Numbered from the stretch's first letter, positions 47,716-62,729 are shown. The stretch is DNA of 64,000 nt from Eledone cirrhosa (GCA_964016885.1 OZ024748.1:45384001-45448000); one strand, 5' to 3'. Numbers and translations: made by a program. The notes: generated from the sequence alone by a model not told the origin.

Positions 47716-48640
47716 TATATTTACTTATGATTTGTAATTATTTATGAAACTCGCCGATAAATCTTTCGATTTCTTTTTTTTAAACATTCTTCATGAATAA
47801 TTAAACTACCCTAAAAGCTGATGCTCCAAATATATCGAATAAATTTTACACTAGATAAACTTCTATAATAAATATAAGACCATCTGTAGATCAAATGGGT
47901 ATCCTAAACTTTTGGAATGATTTCTGCTAGACAGGATTTGGTAAATAATTTTGGTTTTGTTTGCTTTTGATTCTGATGCTTATAATGAACTTGGCAATAT
48001 ATTGTCAATTAATTTTGAAGGGTTGATTTCTGTGGTTGATTTGCGGGGCATACTGTGTTTTATTTTTAATATTTTTTAATTTTTTAAATATTTTTATTGA
48101 TATATTGATATCTGTTGTCTATTTATGCTTGAACGAATCTGGGATAACCATCTATTTTCTTTTTCTTTTTTCATGAAAGTGCATATATACTTATGTATTT
48201 CAATTTTTTTTGAAGTTTTTTATCTCAGTTTTTTTATCTCATTTTTTTTATCTCAGTTTTTTTATCTCAGCTCTGATTATAAACCTAGGAATTTTAAACT
48301 AGACATATGATCATTATTTTTCACACATTATTGATACGTGTCTCATTCATGAATACTGATATTTACATTATAATACCTAATTCATACGAATTGATATTTT
48401 TAGATTGATGAAACATAATGTTTTAAATCTGCCTCGTTTATCTCTGGATATTTTTCTTTTCTCTCTATGTAACGGCTGTTTTCTCTCCTAACCACATATA
48501 TCTCTCTCTACCTTAATACTAGAACTAAATAAATAAATAAATAAATAAATAAATATATCATTGATACGTCATTCAACTGGTGCCCAACTACCTATTTTCT
48601 TTCTCTCTATCTCTATCTATATCTATCTCTCTCTATTTTT

Positions 48641-48673
<33 letters not shown>

Positions 48674-48923
48674 CCCTCTGTCTTTTTTTCTCTCTCTATC
48701 TATCTCTCTCTGTTTTTTCTTTACATGAATTTCTTCTCTCTATCTATCTCTCTATATCTATCTCTCTCTTTCGTTGCATGCATTTCTTCTTTTTCTTCGC
48801 TTTCTTTCTTTCTTTCTTTTTATAACTGTCCCTCACATTTTTCACTACCAAATCAACTTTTTAAATGGAAGTTGAAGTTGTAAGGTATGTCAAATCTATC
48901 TATTTATAAGACTGTTTATATTG

Positions 48924-48989
48924 TATTTTGTCTGATGAAGGCATACCATATTTTTAATATGATATCCCTGAAATATATATAGTGAAATA
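48924..48989 (+). ncRNA. Hammerhead motif in the PLE pLTR (mirror ~46719-46784 on -)
   Basis: TATTTTGT-CTGATGA-AGG..CATATT/AATATG..CCT-GAA-ATATATAT-A-GTGAAATA. Confidence 0.72.
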
Positions 48990-49115
48990 AATATGGTTTT
49001 ATAAATATAGTTTCCATTTATTTAATATCGTAAATATACTCCAAATACTTGTTGAGTGCTTTTATATCAGTTATAAATATTTACTCGTTGTAACCCAACA
49101 ATTTAAATAAAACTT

Positions 49116-49171
<56 letters not shown>

Positions 49172-49238
49172 TTCAACTATATTTATATGCACAGACACAA
49201 ACACACAAACACATTTAATAGACACATATACACATACA

Positions 49239-49270
<32 letters not shown>

Positions 49271-49402
49271 GATATATATAGTGGTAGAACACTGGAAGGT
49301 AATACCCGTAGTGGTAGAGCACTCAGTCCATGGGACGAATTAGGATCCACTAAGATGAAACAATTGTTCTCGGTATGGTGAACTAACTGTTGTGTAACCA
49401 CC

Positions 49403-49434
<32 letters not shown>

Positions 49435-49436
<2 letters not shown>

Positions 49437-49563
49437 GGAACCAGTAAGACCCCGACAGCTGAGCTCAAGCCGTTTCGACGGCTAATTCTGGACTGTTGAG
49501 TGCTTGTAATCTATTGTAAAACTTTATTCATTGATTAATCAATGAACCTTGTTAAACTTTTGG

Positions 49564-49620
<57 letters not shown>

Positions 49621-49778
49621 CCATAATAATATATATATAATCCAGAATTAGCCGTCGAAACGGCTTGAGCTCAGCTGTCGGGGTCTTACTGGTTCCTATT
49701 ACCCACTCTACTACCTCAAGTATTGAGTACTTTGGTGCGTTATGGTCCACCTGGTTCCTTACCACATTTCCTTCGTTA
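49435..49778 (+). mobile_element. Family B fold-back with captured family E tail
   Basis: Arms 49435-49494 and 49641-49698; insert 49493-49566 is the exact reverse complement of 51046-51119. Confidence 0.88.
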
Positions 49779-49800
49779 TATATATATATATATATATATA

Positions 49801-50255
49801 TATTAATATTATTCAGAATATTAATAAATGAAGACATTCACATAATCAAAGTATATGTTTTATTATATATATTTCCAAGGTACTGTGCTGTTTGTTCAGT
49901 ACGTCCTCGTCAGATAAAATACATGAATTGATGTATGACATATCTCAACGTTCTTGATGGTTCAATTCCAATACTGGAATACTGGAATTGAACCAATACT
50001 GGAATTGAACCATCAAGACCGTTGAGGTATGTCATACATCAATTCATGTATTTTATCTGACGAGGATGTGCCGAAAAAACAGCACAGTATCTTCGAAATA
50101 TGTATAATAAAACATATATTTTGATTATGTGAATGTCTTCATTTATTAATATTCTGAATAATATTAATAATTCCAGAAAACTTCCTTGTAGAGTGCTTTT
50201 AATCTATTGTAAAACTATATTCATTGAGTAATCAATGAACCATATTAATCTTTGG

Positions 50256-50258
<3 letters not shown>
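49801..50258 (+). mobile_element. Fold-back family E, ~170-bp arms plus ~88-nt tail; HHR 50051-50112
   Basis: Arms 49801-49970 and 50000-50169; TTTTAT-CTGACGA...GAA-ATATGTAT-A-ATAAAA. Confidence 0.87.
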
Positions 50259-50298
<40 letters not shown>

Positions 50299-50377
50299 TA
50301 TATATATATATATACATACATATATACATAACTGTCCATATATATGTATAGATATATATATACAGTATATATATACA

Positions 50378-50984
50378 TGGTGGCTGCCAACTCGTTTGCG
50401 AGTACGGCCACTACTTTATATGGATGTAGGAAAACCCCTACTGATGCACTGAACGAGTGTGACTTTTTAGTCCAGCCAGCGACTTGAAAACTCTGGTACA
50501 AACACTACACTTGTGACAATTACTGACACATAGTGCTGGGCCCATGGTACCTTGTGACGGCAAGTGCAGAGAGATCTCCAGATATAAAGCAATGCCTGTG
50601 CCGTGAAGCTTTTATAGTGAGCAAAGGCACTGCACAAAGCCAGTCCCACTCTCTTAACCAAGATGATATTTACCAAAAAGAAGAACAAGTCAACATCATT
50701 GGATACCATCAGGGTTGCAGGTGTTATATCAGAGTTTTCCTTCTCCTAGAATTCTGCCTTGACAAAGGCTAAGGGGTCATCTCTCTCGGTGATTTTGGAT
50801 GGCCATTGACTCTTAATAGCTCCTTTGCCCTTTGACAGGTTTTGTTTTTAGTCCTGCAGGATATCCAAAGTCACCCTCCTCACCAAGAAACCTTGGTAGG
50901 GTTGACAGTTTAGTCGCCAACGACCCGACCACGAGACAGGTTGTACTGGGATACATGTTACCAGTAGCACCAACTGGTGACCTG
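50378..50984 (-). mobile_element. Non-autonomous RTE-like element (long copy)
   Basis: Minus strand has CTAGGAGAAGGAAAACTCTGA (RTE 5'UTR-like) and ends CGAGTTGGCAGCCACC; homologous to 27898-28227. Confidence 0.55.
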
Positions 50985-50986
50985 AC

Positions 50987-51045
<59 letters not shown>

Positions 51046-51048
<3 letters not shown>

Positions 51049-51389
51049 CCAAAAGTTTAACAAGGTTCATTGATTAATCAATGAATAAAGTTTTACAATA
51101 GATTACAAGCACTCAACAGCTGGTTTTCTAGAGTTATTAATATTACTTCAAAATATTAATAAATATAGACATTCATGTGATCAAATATATTTTATTATAC
51201 ATATTTCAGAGGTACTGAGCTATTTCATCAGTACGTCCTCATCAGATAAAATAAATTGATGTCTGACATACCTCAACTGTGCTGATGGTTCAATTTCAGT
51301 CTAGGCAGTACTTGCCAAGACCTCTGAAATATGTATAATAAAATATATTTGATCACATGTATGTCTATATTTATTAATATTTTGAAGTA

Positions 51390-51394
<5 letters not shown>
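51046..51394 (-). mobile_element. Family E fold-back copy with intact HHR core (51188-51253, -)
   Basis: TATTTTAT-CTGATGA-GGAc GTACTGA..TCAGTAC cTCT-GAA-ATATGTAT-A-ATAAAATA; inverted arm 51320-51393. Confidence 0.87.
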
Positions 51395-51454
<60 letters not shown>

Positions 51455-51856
51455 CGTGGTTATCGGTAACGGTCATTCCTTTGCCTGGCACTTGAACTAA
51501 AACCTGTTGAGAAAGGGACTTCCTTGTTCAATCATCTTACCAGAAGCCTGGCATTATTTGTCTAAGCGGACAATACTTGATTTAGGAGTCGCAGAAACCC
51601 AAATACTGGATTTTACCAACCATCCAGGGGTCCGGGTAAAATTTTCAATCACATATTTTTTTATTTGTTTGACCCGAATTACTTGGTCGTTTCTATGGCT
51701 ATGCGGATGACGGTTTAACCATCGTCTGAGTGTATTTGGCCTTTTAACGTAAATTGTAGCTCTGGTTCGTCAGAATTATTGAGCGCTTGCCACACATCTC
51801 CGAAGTTGTTTTTCGCTAATTCCAAAGCCGAAATACGATTCTCACTAATTTATATA

Positions 51857-51947
<91 letters not shown>

Positions 51948-52138
51948 AAGGTACGCCATTAATATATTTGCGGTACAAGAGAAACCATAAAACTCCATAT
52001 TTAGATACACCGAGGCAATCTTCAATTCTACGTCATATTGTTTATTGCGTGGTTTTTTCAAAACATTTTATTTAGGTTTAGCGAAGTACAAAACACTTAT
52101 TTTATCAATAAGTTAATTTATTAATAGGAATATTGACC

Positions 52139-52213
<75 letters not shown>

Positions 52214-52301
52214 TATATATATAGAAATATACATACATCTCTCTCTCCTCTCTCTCTATATATATATATATATACATATATATAAACAAGGAACAAAAAC
52301 A

Positions 52302-52332
<31 letters not shown>

Positions 52333-52397
52333 GCAATATATATATATGTATGTGTGTATGTGTATATTATATATATATACATACATATATATAGTAG

Positions 52398-52515
52398 ATA
52401 GATGTATTTATATACACATATTCATATGTATGTAAGTATGTATATATACTTATATATATATATATATATAAGTATATATACATACTTACATACATATGAA
52501 TATGTGTATATAAAT

Positions 52516-52556
<41 letters not shown>

Positions 52557-52606
52557 TATATATACATACTTACATACATATGAATATGTGTATATAAATA
52601 CATCTA
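52398..52606. repeat. ~50-bp unit present three times (one inverted) around (TA)n spacers
   Basis: TAAGTATATATACATACTTACATACATATGAATATGTGTATATAAATACA at ~52469 and ~52553; reverse complement at ~52403. Confidence 0.8.
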
Positions 52607-52658
52607 TTATATATATATATGTATGTATATATGTATGTATATATATATAATATACACG

Positions 52659-52690
<32 letters not shown>

Positions 52691-52717
52691 CAACATGACC
52701 CTCCCAAAGTATAACAA

Positions 52718-52784
<67 letters not shown>

Positions 52785-53059
52785 GTGTATCTCTATATAT
52801 TTTATATATTGTGCATGGTTTCTGTCTATGTGATATCATGAACAATAACACCAGCGACAATAACAACCAACAACAACAACACCAGTAAACATTGTAATGT
52901 ATCATGAGACATCTTCATAAAATACGATATACAATATATTGTTTCAAATAAATAATTAGACGTATATATCATACAATGTCCGAAATGAACTTGAGGTGAA
53001 TCGGTTCTTGTAATAAACGATATCCCACAAAGTCTATGATATACGAGCATCATCTGCTG

Positions 53060-53853
53060 CTTTGGGACATAGAGTTACGTCCCTTTACTTTCTGAATTTA
53101 AATCTCGCCGAGGTTAACATTGCCCTTCATTTGTATGATGTCAGGTCGATAGAATGAGCTAAAAGCCACGTAATGGTGTCGAATTAATCGACTTTCCTCG
53201 CCCTGCCAACATTGCTGGCCTTGTACTTAAAACAGACACCAGTGTTATCATTATTACTCTTATAATTAAAGGTGGTGGATTGGCAGTGGAATCAGTAGAG
53301 CGTCGGACAACATACTTTGCGGGATATAGTTTCGGCCCTTTATGATCTGAGTTCAAATCCTGCCAAGGTTAACTTTGCCTTTCATCCTTACAGGGTCGAT
53401 AAAATAAAGTACCAGTCACGCACTGGGGGTCGATTTAATCGACTTTCCCCTCTCCCCAAATTGCTGGCCTTGTGCCTAAATATGAAACCATTATTAAAGG
53501 TGTTGGATTGGCAATGGAATCAGTAGAGCGTCGGACAACATGCTTTGCGGCATATAGTTATGTCGTTTTACATTCTGAGTTCAAATCTCGCCGGTGCTAG
53601 CTTTGCCCTTGATCCTTACGGGGTCGATAAAAATAAAATACCGGTGATGCACTGGGGTCGATTTAATCGACTTTCCCCTCCCCCAGCATTGTCGGCCTTG
53701 TGCATTACTGGTACTTTATCAACCCCCGTAAAGATGAAAGGCAAAGCTAACCTCGGCAGGCTTAGAACTCAGATCATGGTTAAGCAGTTCAGCAGGATTT
53801 GAACTCAGATTTGAACGCTGATTTCAAAGCGAACTGCTTAACCATTCGGCCAT
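53060..53853 (+). mobile_element. tRNA-SINE cluster: three head-to-tail copies plus one inverted
   Basis: Copies ~53060-53250, 53271-53496, 53499-53703 (A box TGGCAGTGGAATCAG, B box GAGTTCAAATCC); minus copy 53704-53853 with head TGGCCGAATGGTTAAG. Confidence 0.88.
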
Positions 53854-54211
53854 TCAGTGTATCAACCCTTAAACTCCTCTAATATATCATTGAATGCTGG
53901 GAAACATTTGATACAAAAACGAACAAATATGTAGTGCCCTGCTGGACAATACAGGTTTACGTATGTATTCCACTTCATGCATAACGCCACATTTTAGCTG
54001 TAAATGTTTCCACGTATTTTATGAGTTCCCAGTGCCTCTGTGTGTGTATGTGTGTGTGTGTGTGTGGGTGTGTGTGTGTGTGTGTGTGTGGGTGTGATTA
54101 TGTGTGTTTTCGTGACGCGGCGTTCGGGGAAATCGCTGCTAAGTGATTGCAATAATCACAAACGAAGAATTTGTAACTATATAAAAGCTTAAAAACGGAA
54201 GGAATAAAAAG

Positions 54212-54242
<31 letters not shown>

Positions 54243-54283
54243 AGAGAGAGAAAGAGAGAGGGGGAGAGAGAAAGAGAGAGAAA

Positions 54284-54318
<35 letters not shown>

Positions 54319-54642
54319 AGAGAGAGAGAGAGAGAGAGAGAGAGCAATAGGCAGAACAATAGGCAGAGAAATAGGCAGAGCAATTAAATATTCTATTGTG
54401 ACATTAATCAATGCTAGTTGGTTGAAAGCCAGAAAAGATGTCCCTAGGGTCTTCCATATTTAAAATATGACATGACTCTTTAGTTTAAAACTATGAAAAT
54501 GGTTTCATATTTTGTCATTTTTATGAGGAATGGGAAATAGATTAGAGGAGGTGTAGTGTAAAAATCACTAACAGACATTAAAATCATGTAACCCTTTTAC
54601 GCGATGAACTGTATATAAATAGATAAAGGGCACCTTTAGGAC

Positions 54643-54757
54643 GTAGCATGGTCAAATCCTTAAGAGGTTCACTTCGAAACCATAAGGTTTCAGGTTCGAT
54701 TCCACTACGTAGCATGTTGGGAAAATATCATTTACGATAGCCTCAGGTGGACTCAGG
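54643..54757 (+). mobile_element. Second, degenerate tRNA-derived SINE type
   Basis: B box GGTTCGATTCC followed by a TTGGGAAA..TAGCCTCAGG central region. Confidence 0.5.
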
Positions 54758-55187
54758 GTTGAACTTAAACCTTCGGGGGCCCGGGCTACATCAGGTTTTG
54801 AGGAGACCCTCATATACAAAGCATTAGAATACACAGCAAATTTACATATTAAAGTTAGCTTGACGCAAGTACTTGGAATTGAAAAGTTATACATACAAGT
54901 ATTAAATAAAAAAAATTCCTAACCATCCCCGAACTAAAAAGCCCAGCTGAGGGCACAAATAAACTGCTATCGCCCTCGCTGGTGGGGATCCCCACTGCGG
55001 GGAGCCCGAGGCTAATTCTCCGTTTTTCCTTCCCATTAAATCCGGCCGTGAGGTGGATTCGAGCCTTGTGAATGAAACCCGTCCGATAGATTATACCTGT
55101 AAATCCAAATGGTCACAAACGTGCCACACACTATTTGAGAATTACGTACACAGGTCTGACATTCTCAGTCACTTAGATGTTAATTAA

Positions 55188-55395
55188 CCCGTTAGCATTT
55201 ACAATACTCTATATTTACTATTATATTTTCACGGTAAAAGCTTTACCTCATATAATATCGAATCTATGAGATTTAGATGTTATTTATTTTGAGAACAATA
55301 CCTTAACTTTGGTATGAGCAACCAGTTATGGCCGGTTCGAACAGAAAAATCTGACGAAATTCTGGCCGGATATGGCTGGTTTAAATGCTGAAGGG
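55188..55395. mobile_element. piggyBac-type MITE (208 bp)
   Basis: TTAA|CCCGTTAGCATTTA...TAAATGCTGAAGGG|TTAA: 14-bp TIRs with 2 mismatches and a TTAA TSD. Confidence 0.85.
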
Positions 55396-55598
55396 TTAAC
55401 AAGCAGGTGGTTCCGTTTAAAGTATTTCTCATACTGAAGTATGTTTAGAAAACGGCAAAGGTTGAAAAATGAAGAAGACTTAGAAGGCTTCGCCGTAACA
55501 ATCGACTAAATAGTCTAAAAACTCACTGAACGGAAAAGATGGCTACCAATCAAATATCACGGAGAAGTCTTCTATTTCCACTTCAATATTAACACGTG

Positions 55599-56054
55599 TC
55601 AGGGTGATGGATCGGCAGTATCGGGAGAACATCGGACACCCTGCTTCGCGGCATAGAATCACGACCCTTTACAAACATGAAACGAGATGAGGAGGTTAAC
55701 TTTGCCTTTCACCCTTAAGAGGTCGATAAAATAAAGTACCAGTCACGCACTGGGGTCGATTTAATCGAACCCCCCCCCCCCACACACAAGAATTACTGGT
55801 ATTGTGCCTATATAAGAAATCATTATGTTACTGGTTTTAAGGATGGTGGATTGGCAGTATCGGTAGAACGTCGGACATCCTGCTTCGCGACATAGAGTTA
55901 CGACCCTTTACATTCTGAGTTCAAATCCCGCCGAGGTTAACTTTGCCTTTCATCCTTACGGGGTCGATAAAATAAAGTACCAGTAATGTATTGGGGTCGA
56001 ATTAGTCAACTTTCCCCTCCCGCTAAATGGCTGGCCTTGGGTCTATATGAAAAC
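55599..56054 (+). mobile_element. SINE dimer within one 15-bp TSD
   Basis: CAATATTAACACGTG at 55584-55598 and 56055-56069; monomers start at ~55602 and ~55841. Confidence 0.85.
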
Positions 56055-56805
56055 CAATATTAACACGTGACTCTCTGAACAGAAGTAGGGAGATTGATTC
56101 TGACTAGTTTCAATTCTACTTGGAAACTGATGAGAAAAAAAGTAACTTTATTTTCTGTTGATGAAGGGTTAGAACTAATATAGAAATTGATGGCCTAATT
56201 TGCATATCCGACCGTTCATTAGCTGGATGTTAATTTATTTATTTATATAATTATTCGTTTATTTGTTGGATAATCTGGGTTACCTCGTGCAAATTTATAT
56301 ATGTATACACACATATACAAACCCACAACCACTCACACAATCACCCCCACCCACATATATATAATGGATTTATATATATATATATATATATATATACGTA
56401 TATATACGTATATATATATATATTTATTAAAATAACATATTAAAGTTTAAGCAAAGAATCGCTGCTTTCACCCTTAACGGGATCTTCTGAAACTAACAAA
56501 GTCAATCTGTGAACGCAGAAGTGAATATTTCAAAAAACGTTGCAACCGGAGGAAGACAGGAAGACGATTCTTTGGTTCGTGGAAACGTTCCCTTGCAAAG
56601 AACGGGAAAAAACGAATATAATACGTCATTATTTGGAGCTGTGAAAAACAATTACACGCAAAGACAAAACCACGTTAATGGTATAAAAGAAGTCGTAGAC
56701 TAATATTCTATTAGGTTCTTATATATTCTACGGTTCTTATATATTTGATATATATTTATCCTTATCGAGCCCTCTTTGGATTTTAGTCTTCAAATTTATT
56801 ATTAT

Positions 56806-56855
<50 letters not shown>

Positions 56856-56866
56856 GTTTTGTCATA

Positions 56867-56960
<94 letters not shown>

Positions 56961-57003
56961 ATGGATATATATATATATATATATATACATATATATACAT
57001 ATA

Positions 57004-57320
57004 CAATATATTAACAAATGGAAACTATATTTATAAAACCATATTTATTTCATTATACATATTTCAAGGGCTACCAGAGCAAACTATGGTGCGCTTTCAT
57101 CAGATAAAATATAATATAGGTTAGTTTTATAAATAAATATTGACATACCCTTAAAAAATGCAACCATTCTGGTTGGAATCTCCTGGATAGTGGAGTTATT
57201 AGATTTATTGTTGGTTTATTATGCAAATTAGTGTTGGAAAGGTTTAAAAACAGTATATTTAAATTAAGCAGTTGTAATAGGGAAAAAAGAGAAAAAAAAG
57301 AGAGAAAATATAACCTCTAC
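57004..57320 (-). mobile_element. Family F-related pLTR with HHR (57046-57111, -)
   Basis: Homologous to 46678-46809; CTGATGA-AAG..CTT-GAA-ATATGTAT-A; stem II closing pairs covary with AGG/CCT. Confidence 0.75.
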
Positions 57321-57356
57321 ATATATATATATACATATATAAATATATATATATAT

Positions 57357-57780
57357 TGAAAAGAAATCCAATTTCATTTCTCACTCTTAGTACGGCTGAT
57401 ACCTAAATATAAGTATGTATACGTACATACATATATGTATACAGATGTACAGTAGTACGTATATACATACATGCACACATATATATATATATGTACGTAT
57501 GGGTTTACCGAACATTTATTATAATGTTCGGTTTGTTTGTAAACAAACAGCCCGAATTATTAGCAGTACAGTGTTCGGCAACCAACGTTGCCATTTTGTT
57601 CAACACTGACAGAAGAACGACGAACTAGTTTCTAGCTTATTAGCTGTCACCAGCACCGTAAACCTTGCTGTCAGTTGATTGAACGTTTGAAAGTATATAC
57701 TTTCCTTATGCATATGTGTACATGTATGTATATACATACTACTGTACGTCTGTATAAGTATATGTATGTACGTATACATA

Positions 57781-57784
<4 letters not shown>
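57357..57784 (-). mobile_element. Fold-back element with 70-bp arms and ~54-nt tail, no HHR seen
   Basis: 57411-57481 is inverted at 57712-57783; (TA)n on both sides. Confidence 0.7.
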
Positions 57785-57839
<55 letters not shown>

Positions 57840-57933
57840 ATTTATAGATATATTTTGTACATACATACGTATATATATATATATATATTATGGATATATA
57901 TACATATTATCTGTATATATATATAATATTTAC

Positions 57934-58691
<758 letters not shown>

Positions 58692-58948
58692 GAGTCAACT
58701 GGAATTGGTAAATTTGCGCATTTTCAATGACGTCATTGTTATGTTATTCAATTTCTTTTTCGTCGTTCAGAAATTTAATTTCTAATTTTAATTCATAGAA
58801 GTTCTCAAGTTTATTTTAGGTTATTTCGGGTCACATGCTTCGTTTTGATCTCTCCAAGAAATTTGTCAGGTGTTAATCAACTGTAATTTCTCAAGATTTT
58901 AAATTATCTTCATACTAAAATTTGTACATGCTTAGCTGAATATATATG

Positions 58949-59086
<138 letters not shown>

Positions 59087-59137
59087 TATATATATATATT
59101 TATATGCATATGCATATATGTATATATCTATATATAA

Positions 59138-59205
<68 letters not shown>

Positions 59206-59266
59206 TTATATATATGCATATAAATATATGCATATATATATACATATATACCTATGTACATATATG

Positions 59267-59334
<68 letters not shown>

Positions 59335-59665
59335 CATATATATGTATATGCGTGCGTACATATATATATATATATTTATATATATATTGGTATGTATATA
59401 GGTTTCTCCTTCTTTCTCTCTATTTATCTCTCTATATATCTCGCTCTCTCTTTTTCTCCTTACATATATATGTATATATATATGTACATATATATGTATA
59501 TATATATGTACATATATATGTATATATATATGTACATATATATATATATATATGTACAAATATATGTATATATAAAGGTATGTGAATATTTTTATACAGC
59601 AAACCTTTCACAAATTCCACTTAAAATACAGCCATACTATATATATACATATGTATATTCACACA

Positions 59666-59706
<41 letters not shown>

Positions 59707-59717
59707 ACACCCACACC

Positions 59718-59753
<36 letters not shown>

Positions 59754-59844
59754 CACACACATATATATAAATATATATAAATATGATAATTAACCGTTGT
59801 TTGTAGATTCAAACTTTTTCTCCGCCATTATATATTTGATATAT

Positions 59845-59953
59845 AATCCCGCCGAGGTTAACTTTGCCTTTCATCCTTACGGGGTCGATAAAATAAAGTA
59901 CCAGTAATGTACTGGGTAATTGCTGGCCTTGTGCCTAAAGTAGAAACAATTAT
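59845..59953 (+). mobile_element. 5'-truncated SINE (another at ~60452-60548)
   Basis: CCGAGGTTAACTTTGCCTTTCATCCTTACGGGGTCGATAAAAT...GGCCTTGTGCC. Confidence 0.8.
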
Positions 59954-60125
59954 ATATTTGATAATCAACAAACATTCTCGATTAATTTAATTAGAGACAG
60001 AGAACACGTATTCTGATTGAAGGGGCGGGGGTGTTTGTGGAGGGGGTGTAGAGGAGGTGTTTGTGGGAGTGGAGGGGTTTTGTGGGTGTAGAGGGGTTCA
60101 TTATGTGTGTGTGTGTGTGCGCGAG

Positions 60126-60184
<59 letters not shown>

Positions 60185-60187
60185 AAT

Positions 60188-60226
<39 letters not shown>

Positions 60227-60745
60227 GAGACGAAGGGGGAGAGACAGAGCGATTGTGAGTGTGTTTATGTATGTATGTGTGTGTATGTGTGTGTGTGTGT
60301 ATGTGTTTGAGAGAGAGAGAGAGAAGATGGGAGATTCTAAGATTCCTTTATCATCTGTGAGAAATCTTTAATATTCTGTTTCCACACATGCTTCTCTAAA
60401 GGAAGAGTATAGCAATATTATTATAATCGACCCTGTAAGTATGAAAGGCAAAGCCGAGGTTAACTTTGCCTTTCATCCTTACGGGGTCGATAAAATAATG
60501 TACCAGTAAATTGCTGGCCTTGTGCCAAAAAATAGAAACAATTATTATATCTTTGTAAGCTTGTCACTTTTTGGTTTCACAGCATTTTTTAGAAGGGAGA
60601 TAATTCTTAGAGGAAGTGATATTTCTCGTTAATTAAATCCGCTAAAATGCAAAATGTCTTTCTTTTTAGTTTGTATTTATTGAATTCAATTTATATTCAA
60701 TTATAATATTTATATCTATTAAAATTCACACATGTATACACAAAT

Positions 60746-60783
<38 letters not shown>

Positions 60784-60884
60784 TTTTGTTGTCCCCCCTC
60801 CACTCTCAAGAGCGTGAACCTAATAAACCTTTATTTGTCTTCCTCTCTATTTTTGTTCCCGTCCAAGTGTTCACTATATATATA

Positions 60885-60954
<70 letters not shown>

Positions 60955-60961
<7 letters not shown>

Positions 60962-61199
60962 AGAAAAAAGAGAGTCAGTGTTGAGACGTATCCGAGGACC
61001 GCGCAATTTCAGAGTCAGGTTCGATCACCACATCGATCGTGCCTCGAGGTGGTCGCCCGAGAAACAATTGTAATATGTCCAATAAATTCCTTTCGTCGCA
61101 ATACTATTCTCTTTTTTCTTTGATATCATACTCTATTCTACGAGGGCTTCGAGTGCTCATATGGCCTACCGCATACGGACGCTTTAAGCATCCAACACC

Positions 61200-61203
<4 letters not shown>
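60955..61203 (+). mobile_element. Family H: short inverted arm, HHR (60985-61079), ~77-nt tail
   Basis: GACGTAT-CCGAGGA-[62 nt]-GAA-ACAATTGT-A-ATATGTC; ATATCACAGAAAAAAGAG is inverted at ~61109-61126. Confidence 0.72.
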
Positions 61204-62554
<1,351 letters not shown>

Positions 62555-62558
<4 letters not shown>

Positions 62559-62714
62559 AACCAGTAGGACATTTAGTCCAGAATTAGCCGTCGAAACGGC
62601 TTGAGCTCAGCCGTCGGGGTCCTACTCGTTCTTATTACCCACTCTACTGCCCTAAGTATTGAGTACTTTGGTGCGCTATGGTCCATCTGGTTCCTTACCA
62701 CATTTCCTTCGTTA
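62555..62714 (+). mobile_element. Family B complete monomer with 16-nt inverted arm
   Basis: TAAGAACCAGTAGGAC followed by AGTCCAGAATTAGCCGTCGAAACGGC...TTCGTTA(TA)n. Confidence 0.85.
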
Positions 62715-62729
62715 TATATATATATATAT

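Noticed and set aside
49281-49402. GAAACAATTGTT suggesting another HHR
   Set aside because: No matching CYGANGA or stem I found.
53790-53853. tRNA gene
   Set aside because: A and B boxes are present but there is no full cloverleaf, and it is joined to SINE body sequence.
54922-55020. GC-rich island resembling an HDV-like ribozyme
   Set aside because: Could not build P1.1/P2 on either strand; better explained by a local palindrome.
56447-56600. HHR-like remnants near a tail shared with 8934-9018
   Set aside because: The shared tail (56727-56809) is real, but the cores are too mutated to call.
58705-58777. Minus-strand CTGAACGA...GAAA
   Set aside because: Wrong core spacing and no UH cleavage site.
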